In this document: positions 56,056 to 64,000 of the stretch, piece after piece
Numbering within the stretch: position 1 is the stretch's first letter
Layout: every line of letters begins with the position of its first letter
Assembly: GCF_032444005.1 (NCBI RefSeq)
Contig: NC_091282.1
Span: 143,592,001-143,656,000 of the forward strand
Direction of reading: 5' to 3'
Source of the DNA: Ranitomeya imitator
Taxonomy: Eukaryota
DNA: 64,000 bases
Position numbers and translations under genes: made by a program
Notes under the pieces: model-generated
Database searches by the model: none
What the model was told of the DNA's origin: nothing
What the model saw: only the letters and a program-made list of their open reading frames with translations

Positions 56056-56696
56056 TAGGGTTGCAATTAGGGTTAGGGTTACAATTAGGGTTCTGGTTAG
56101 GGTTGCAATTTGGGTTAGAATTAGGGTTAGGGTTGCAATTAGGGTTAAGGTTGCAATTAGGGTTAAGGTTGCAATTAGGGTTAAGGTTGCAATTAGGGTT
56201 AGAATTAGGGTTAGGCTATGTGCACACGGTGCGGATTGGCCGCTGCGGATTCGTGGCAGTTTTCCATCACGTTTACAGTACCATGTAAATCTATGGAAAA
56301 CCAAATCCGCTGTGCCCATGGTGCGGAAAATACCGTGCGGAAACGCTTCGTTGTATTTTCAGCAGCATGTCAATTCAGTGTGCGGATTCTGCAGCGTTTT
56401 TCACCTGTTCCTCAATGGGAATCCGCAGGTGAAATCTACACTAGAAATCCGCGGTAAATCCGCAAGTAAAACGCAGTGCGTTTTACCTGCAGATTTTTCA
56501 AAAACTGTGCAGAAAAATCTACACACGAATCCGCAACGTCGGCACATAGGGTTAGGGTTGGAACTAGAGTTAGGGTTAGGGGTGTATTGGGGTTCGGCTT
56601 GGGCTTGTGGTTAGGGTTGGGATTAGGGTTGGTTGTGGGTTGGGGTTAGGGTTGTGGATAGGGGTGTGTTGGGGTTAGGGTTGTGATTACGGTTGA
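56056..56696 (+). repeat. Degenerate TTAGGG-like repeats (56056-56213 and about 56547-56696) split by a MITE
   Basis: ttagggtt/gcaattagggtt units on the left; G-run-rich ttagggtt variants on the right. Confidence 0.85.
56214..56550. mobile_element. PIF/Harbinger-type MITE inserted at a TTA in the telomere-like array
   Basis: TTA|ggctatgtgcacacg ... cggcacatag (right end imperfect). Confidence 0.7.
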
Positions 56697-56697
56697 G

Positions 56698-57800
56698 GTT
56701 TCCACTGTTTTGGCACATCAGGTGGTCTCCAGTCGCGACATGACTCCACCATTGATTCCAGCCAATCTTGCATTCAAAAAGTCAAATGGTGCTCCCTCCG
56801 TTCCGAGCCCCAACGTGCGCCCAAACAGTGGTTTACCCAAACATATGTGGCATAAGCGTACTCAGGAAACCTTGTACAACAACTTTGGGGGTCTAATTTC
56901 TCCTGTTACCCTTGGAAAAATAAGAAAATGGGGCTAAAAATTTATTTGTGTGTGAAAAAAAAAAAAAAAAAGTTTTTATTTTCACGGCTCGGCTTTATAA
57001 AATTCTGTGAAGCACTTGGGGGTTCAAAGTGCTCATCACACAGCTAGATAAAGTTCCTTGGGGGGTCTAGTCTCCAAAATGGGGTCACTTGTGGGAGTTT
57101 CTACTGTTTAGGCACATCAGGGGCTCTGCAAACGTAACATGACGCCTGCAGACCATTCCATCAAAGTCTGCATTCCAAAACATCACTACTTCCCTTCCGA
57201 GCTCTGCCATGCTCCCAAACAGTGGTTTACCCCCACAAGTTGGGTATCGGCATACTCAGGACAAACTGGACAACAACTTTTGGGGTCCAATTTCTCCTGT
57301 TACCCTTGTAAAAATAAAAAATTGCGGGCTAAAAATTAATTTTTGAGGAAAGAAAAATGATTTTTTTTTATTTTCATGGCTCTGCGTTATAAACTTCTGT
57401 AAAGTACTTGGGGGTTCAAAGTGCTCACCACACATCTAGATAAGTTCCTTGCGGGGTCTAGTTTTCAAAAGGGGGTCATTTGTGGGGGAGCTCCAATGTT
57501 TAGGCACACATGGGCTCTCCAAACGTGACATGGTCTCCGCTAACGATTGGAGCTAATTTTTCATTCAAAAAGTCAAATGGCGCTCCTTCCCTTCCGAGCC
57601 TTGCCGTGTGCCCAAACAGTGGTTTACCCCCACGTATGGGGTATTGGTGTACTCAGGACAAATTGTACAACAACTTTCGGGGTCCTGTTTCTCCTTTTAC
57701 CCTTGGGAAAAAAAATTGTTGCTAAAATTTCATTTTTGTGACTAAAAAGTTAAATGTTCATTTTTTTCCTTCCATGATGCTTCTGCTGCTGTGAAACACC
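56698..57800 (+). repeat. About three tandem ~395-bp subunits inside the piggyBac-like element
   Basis: Units start near 56698, 57097 and 57490 (...ggcacatcagg...cccaaacagtggttta...actcagga). Confidence 0.75.
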
Positions 57801-57952
57801 TGAAGGGTTAATAAACTTCTTGAATGTGGTTTTGAGCACCTTGAGGGGTGCAGTTTTTAGAATGGTGTCACTTTTGGGTATTTTCAGCCATATAGACCCC
57901 TCAAGCTGACTTCAAATATGAGGTGGTCCCTTATAAAAAAAAAATAAAAATA

Positions 57953-60900
57953 TTTTCTCCTTCGCCTCATTGGGGGACACAGACTGTGGGTGTATGCTGC
58001 TGCCACTAGGAGGCTGACACTAAGTGATGCAAAGACAATTAGCTCCTCTCCTGCAGTGTTCACCCTCCTGCTGGCTCTCAGCTAACCAGTTCTTGCTTAG
58101 TGCCCGTAGGAGGCACACGGACGGGTCTGCTATTCAGACCCAAAACTCTTTATTTTATTTTTACCTTTTACATTTTTGATTTAACTTTCTACAACGAAGG
58201 GGCAACGGATCCTTTCAAAGTTCCGATCTCCCCGAACCATCAACAGGCGAGCACAGAGAGTGTCGCTTCTCCGTATCCTCTCTTGCGATGTGGGATGCCA
58301 TGTCTGAGCAGATTCTTAGGGGCGATGGGCCCCTTCAAGGGCACCGATCTCCCCACACCTTAAACGGACGAGCACATGGAGTGTCGCCTCCACGTATCCT
58401 CTTCCCCAGCAAGGCCGGACAACTGGCCCTGTCCACCCGGGGGCTGAACTCCGTGGATGTACAGAGGCCCCTGTCTTTGGCGTCCGAGCAGCCCCCACTG
58501 TCCCACCACTGTTTAAGCGGATGGTACAAGGAGGCGGACGGTTCCTCTCCACCTCCCTAACAAAGGGATGGTGGATTGAGGTTTATCCCTTTATCCCTGC
58601 ACCGTCCACGATGTAATACCTGACCTGCAGCAGAACAGTAGAGTGCGCGCGCTTTCCTTGGCTGAAACAGTCATCCGTGGCGGCTCCATGCCGGGACGCT
58701 CACCGATGGTGAGTGGATCCAGTCAGCGATGGGCCTCTGCAGTGGGATATTCACATGGTGACAGGCAGCCTCAGCTTCCCTGTGGCCCACCTTCCTGAGG
58801 TAACGCTCCAGCCGGCTGCAAAAATGTAGCCCCCGGCTTCGGCTGATCTGTAGGCCGCATCCATCCCGGAAGTCGCGCCCGCACTATGGCGCGCTAAGGC
58901 GGCCTCTGCCCGCTTTTCTGGCGCTTCTCGCCTGGCATGGGAGTGTTCAATTTTCTCGACCACTACAACGCCATTCACTTCTACCGCTTGTATCACTCCC
59001 ACCGGCTGCAGAAATTTAGGCCTCGCCTTGGGCCTATTCATGGAAGTATCGAGGCTCCGCCCACATAGTCTGTGGATTTTATCACCTCTGCAACTCCCGG
59101 TGGCCATCTTGGTCCACCCGGCCGCCTCACACAGGGGCGATGGTTTTTTGCATTGAAGGGGCACAACGACTCTGCAACATCAGTACCCGGGTAAGGAAGT
59201 ACCTTACCAGTATTCCCTGGTCTTGAAATCACATGAGCAGTATGCCCTGGTCTTAAAGGCACATGACCAGTATGCCCTGGTCTTAAAGGCACATGACCAG
59301 TATGCCCTGGTCTTAAAGGCACATGGCCAGTATGCCCTGGTCTAAAAGGCACATGTTCAATCCGAAGCCAGTCACCCTAAATGAGCACAGGAGCCCTCCG
59401 CTGCTGATCCCAGTTGATCCCAGGGTACCTAGTTCCCCCTCAGTGGACTTCGTCACTGACCGCAATCCATGGTTTTCTCTGACCAAGAGATTGAATCCCT
59501 CCGTGAACCCTCTGTGGCTTGGATTGCTCGCAGGACCGATATGCATGGTCCCTCTCTTACATGGGAGCCGTCGGCTAGCAGGGACTGCAAGTATTCTAGA
59601 AACGTACAGGCGTCTAGAAACATACAGGCATCTAGAAAACGGAAGTTTTCATTTCCTGATCTCTCTTCCCAATGATTTGCTGAGAACAAGGCTCTGTATA
59701 TGGATTGGATATTGCCTTGGATCTGGACTTACCAGAGCTTCAGAAAAGGATGGATTCACCTATTCATATCAACCAATCTCTGTACATTGATGAGGACTCC
59801 CGTTCTGCTCTACACTATGCAGTGTCCCTCATAAGGAGACTAAGCTCCATCGTAGAGCATTTGCCATTCAGTCCGGATAAGCGATTCACTGGACAGAAGC
59901 CTCTACATGGGATGCCATGCCTGGTCTGATTTTTAAGGGCGACTGGTCCTTTAAAGGGCACCGATCTCCCCACACCATCAACAGACGAGCCATTGGAGTG
60001 TCGCCTCCATGTATCCTCTTCCGCATCCAAGCCTAACGCCAGGCAACCTGCCCTGTCCACCCGGGAACCTGAACTCTGGATGTACAGAGGCACCCTTTTT
60101 GGCGTCTGAGCATCCCCCTCTGCATCACTACTATTTAGCAGATGATGCAAGAAGGCAGACGATCCCTTTCCACTTCCCTGTTAAGGGGATGGTGGACCGA
60201 GGGTTCCTAATTTTTAACTCTGCACTGTCAAGAGCGGTGATTGCAAGAGACGGCTTTTTCCCGAACTGCTGGATGCAGCCGCGCATTCTGCCACTTGGCA
60301 GATTAACCGGGTAGAATCTCCTGTGGTATACCTACCAGTATCCCTGCCCGATGTATCATCAATTAAAAATACCACGGACTGTCAGATAGCAAATCTGGTT
60401 CGTTTCGTCTTGCGGCTTCGGGTTCAGCGCTCTACCCTTCCTTAGCCGCCGCATGGGTTGCTAGAGCAATGGTCTCCTGGTCGGAGACCTTAACTACTTT
60501 GATTCACACCAGCAACCTTTTCCCGAAGACAGTACAGCTGACCAATCAAATCTTCTGAGCGGGAGTCTAACAAAGGATCGTATGTTTCCTACAGACCCAA
60601 CCAGCAGTGGAAGGGTTGTCCAGGACAGTCTAGATCTAAGGGATCTTGGTTCCCAAAAGGGTAACGAAAAGTGAGACCGATCCTGGACCTCAAATTTCTA
60701 ACCACCTTTGACAAGGTCCTCCTTTTTCGGATGGAGTTCCTCCGCTCAGCCATACACTTCAACAGAAAAAGGCGGCGTTTCTGGCATCCATCGACGTTCA
60801 GGATGCTTACTCTCACGTTCCTATTTTTCCCCTCTTCAAAAGTTACTTCGCTCTTCCATTCGCGAACAACATTTTCAAGTCACGACCTTGCCCTTCTGCC

Positions 60901-63130
60901 TTGCTACCGCACCCAGAGTGTTTGCAAGGGTCATGGTGGCTGTCATGTTCCTCTTGCACCCTAGAGGCGTGGACGTCCCGCCCTATTTGGTCGACTTTCT
61001 AGCCACTCTTCCAGGACTACGTTGAGTCATCTATATCACTTGCGATACCCTCTAACCTGGCAGCTAAACTTAGACAAGTTTTCCTCATTTCTAGCCCAGT
61101 AGATCCTTTTTGAGGATGCTCCTGCACACTTTCAGAAGGATGGTAATTCTCCCTCGAGACAAGGTTGTGGCCCTTCAACAGGGAGCTCGCGCACTTGATC
61201 ACTCATCCCCTCATTTCATTTGATTTGCTAGGATGGTTCTGAGGAAAAATGGTGACAGCAATGAAAGCAGTTTCCTTCGCTGCGCTCGTTTTCAGCAAGT
61301 CAAATAGGCTTTCAGAGGGCAGTCTTTTTGCTCCTTCCTCATCCAGGGCCTTTCTTCCGGTTCAATGGTTATTGGTGACTACCAATGCCAGTCTTCTTCT
61401 CCCGATCATTGCTCTGGGGATCTGAACGGTACGACTAGTCCTACAGCAGGTCCACTGCCTTCTGGCGGGTCACCCCATCCAAATTCAATTGGATAATGCC
61501 ACCACTGTGCCATACATCAATCATCTAGCAGGTACCCACGGTCAGGCGCCATGGCCGAGGTACCTCACATTCTCTGATGGGCTGAGATCTATCATTCGGT
61601 GATCTCAGCAGTACATATCCCAGGAGTAGAACTCTGGGCGGCACACATATTCAGCCGTCAGGGTTTCCCTCAAGTGAGTGGGATCTTCACCCGGAAGTCT
61701 GCCATCATATCTGCCTTCACTGGAGCTCTCCAGTTGTAGATCGGATGACGTCCAGACAGAACGCCAATGTACTCGAGTTCATGGTTCGGCCTCGAGATCC
61801 AAGAGCCATTGCAGTGCATGCTCTGGTTCTTCCATGGTACCAGTTTCCATAACCCCTCTTCCACTACTTCCGAAAGCCTTTCGGAAACAGGGCCCTAGTG
61901 ATCCTCGGGGATCCACACTGACCATGTCAGTTTTTTGTTTGCAGCGCTAGTATCTTTCCGTCTTCTTGCAACAGGGAGTTTTCACATGTAGTTCTTCCCT
62001 ATCGCATACCGTTAGATATTTGGGACCTTAATGGTCCTGGGAGTCTTACAGTTAAATTCTTTTTGATCCGGACTGACTTTTCTATCAGGGAAGGTGGCCC
62101 TTTTTTTTCCCTCTGCGATCTTGTCATCCTGATGAGTCTTCAGAGCTTGCCGCTCTGTTATTTCAGACTTTTTTCCTTATTACCATCAAGACAAGGTTGT
62201 CCTCGGGCCATCCCCATCCCTTCTTACCAAGGTGGTATTGTATTCCCACTGTTATGAGGGCATCGTTCATCCCTCATCTTTCGGCTCCAGTGTACAAAAC
62301 GGAATGAGTTCCCCATAATCTCAACGAAGTGAGGGCTCTGAGTAGGTACGTATCGAGGATGGCGTCCTTCCGAAGGTCGGACACTTTATTTGGTTTATTT
62401 GGTTTATCTGACGATAAGGTTTCCTGATGGTTACAAGAAGGGTTTAACTGTTTCATCAGCCATGCTAGCCTTGTGGATTCGTTTCACCATGCAGAAGTCC
62501 TTCCGTGCTAGATGTCAGCCTTTCTCCCTGTCTATCGAGGGCTCTAGGCACCAGGCGTCGGCAAAGCACGCCTGCAAGCTTGTGGATTCATCCAGTCTGC
62601 ATGCATTCTGGAAGCACTATAATTCCCACACTTCCACAAATGTGAGTCTGGGCAGGCGAACTCTGCAGGGCGCGGTGGCGCACTTGTAAGTAGCGGTTAC
62701 ACAGGGCCTGATCTGATGTTGTCCCCACCCAGGGACTGCTTTGGGACGTCCCACGGTCTGTGTCCCCCAATGAGGCGAAGGAGAAATAGGGATTTTTGTG
62801 TACTCACCGTAAAATCCTTTTTTCCGAGCCATTCATTGGGGGACACCTCTCCCACCCGGTTATTAGCTTGTGTTTGTTTTATAATTTGACATGCTATACT
62901 CTCATATATAATATGACATGCTATACGCTCATATGTTATTGATCTCCTACTGCTTTTGCACCGAACTGGTTAGCTGAGAGCCAGCAGGAGGTTGTATACT
63001 GCAAGGGAGGAGCTTACTTTCTTTGTATCACTTAGTGTCAGCCTCCAAGTGGCAGCAGCATACACCCACGGTCTGTGTCCCCCAATGAATGAAAAGGATT
63101 TGACGGTGAGTACACAAAAATTCCTATTTT
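57953..63130 (+). mobile_element. DIRS1-like element D, non-autonomous, same subfamily as DIRS-C
   Basis: Left ttttctccttcgcctcattgggggacacag; ICR about 62750-62845; right end ...ggtgagtacacaaaaattcctatttt; RT remnant RPILDLKFL at 60671. Confidence 0.9.
59203..59355 (+). repeat. 30-bp minisatellite inside DIRS-D (about 5 copies)
   Basis: Unit ccctggtcttaaaggcacatgaccagtatg, homologous in sequence and position to the DIRS-C array. Confidence 0.9.
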
Positions 63131-64000
63131 GTTAATTTTGTTGTAAAAATGAGAAATTGCTGGTCAAATGTTAACCCTTATAACTCCCTAGCAAAAAAAA
63201 TGTTTCCAAAATTGTGCTGATGTAAAGTAGACATGTGGGTAATGTTATTTATGAACTATTTCGTGTCACATAACTCTCTGGTTTAACAGAATAAAAATTC
63301 AAAATGTGAAAATTGCAAAATTTTCAAAATTTTTGCCAAATTTCTGTTTTTTTTTTTTTTAACAAATAAACACAAAAATTACCTACCTAAATTTACCACT
63401 AACATGAAGCTCAATATGTCACGAAAAAACAATCTCAGAATCGATAGGATCTGTTGAAACGTTCTTGCGTTATTACCTCATAAAGGGACACTGGTCAGAA
63501 TTGCAAAAAAATGGCCAGGTCATTAAGGTCAAAATAGGCTGGGTCATGAAGGGCTTAATACCCTACGCCGTCATAGATAAAAAATCCTGCAGGGTAGTCG
63601 AGGTCCCCCTGCTCATACCAGCACATGTCCAGGCCCGTTTTGAAGTTTGCCAATGACCATCTGGATGGTCATGTGGTCAGATGAGACTAAAATAAAACTT
63701 TTTGGTATCAACTCCACACACCGTGTTTGGAAGAAGGAGGACGAGTACAACCCCAAGAACACCGTCCCAACTGTAAATGCAGAAACCTCATTGACATATT
63801 AAATGTCATAAAATAGGGCTATACGTGGCCCATCCAAATAAAGCAAAAACAAATACCTACTCCAAAGAATGTATAAATGAGGAGAAAAGGGAGCACTCGG
63901 GTATAAATAGTAACAAATATTTTATTAGTAATTAAACAAGAACATGTATATAACCAATATACCCATCAGGGATTGTGCACGATAAAACAGTAGCAGGATG

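Larger units (their letters stand above)
55498..63554. mobile_element. Large non-autonomous piggyBac-like element hosting DIRS-D, a MITE and telomere-like repeats
   Basis: TTAA|ccccttcccgacc ... ggtcatgaagggc|TTAA (55494-55497 and 63555-63558). Confidence 0.8.
55391..63777 (+). pseudogene. Tc1 transposase fragment split by an 8-kb insert (pieces 55391-55497 and 63555-63777)
   Basis: RMILKKAMKQPRTT*EGLINDL...VSNITII then N TLRRH...VPLLIPAHVQAR...[23 protein letters not shown]...YNPKNTVPTV; the pieces join across a duplicated TTAA. Confidence 0.85.

Noticed and set aside
56056-56696. Chromosome end or telomere fusion site
   Set aside because: The repeats are degenerate, in one orientation, and enclosed by transposon termini within an intron.
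54670-64000. RASA1 exon 22 and later, or the neighbouring CCNH gene
   Set aside because: I found no sequence encoding DSPSP..ARTL..VAKSVQNLAN or cyclin H; the region is almost all TE, so these lie beyond the window.

Overview
Vertebrate genomic DNA, most likely from a frog (inferred from the transposon families present). The window holds 20 consecutive coding exons of RASA1 (p120 RasGAP) on the + strand, 1416-54669. They match human exons 2-21 and encode SH2-SH3-SH2, PH, C2 and the N-terminal part of the RasGAP domain, including the arginine finger. Exon lengths and phases give one uninterrupted 2219-nt reading frame; exon 1 and the exons after 21 lie outside the window. The introns are swollen by nested mobile DNA: four DIRS1-type tyrosine-recombinase retrotransposons (one inserted cleanly inside another, and two copies of a shared-deletion non-autonomous subfamily), a 5'-truncated CR1 LINE with an intact 926-aa ORF2, three Tc1-like elements plus a fourth Tc1 fragment split by an 8-kb insert, piggyBac-like, Kolobok/T2, PIF/Harbinger and hAT non-autonomous elements, Penelope-like palindromes with hammerhead-ribozyme-like cores, two 30-bp minisatellites and telomere-like repeats. 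There is a 278-N assembly gap at 18885-19162. No prokaryotic genes, CRISPR arrays, rRNA or tRNA genes were seen. I found no clearly new gene system. The best leads are the reconstructable DIRS recombination junction, the variant hammerhead motifs and the non-autonomous DIRS subfamily. All coordinates and alignments were read by eye.
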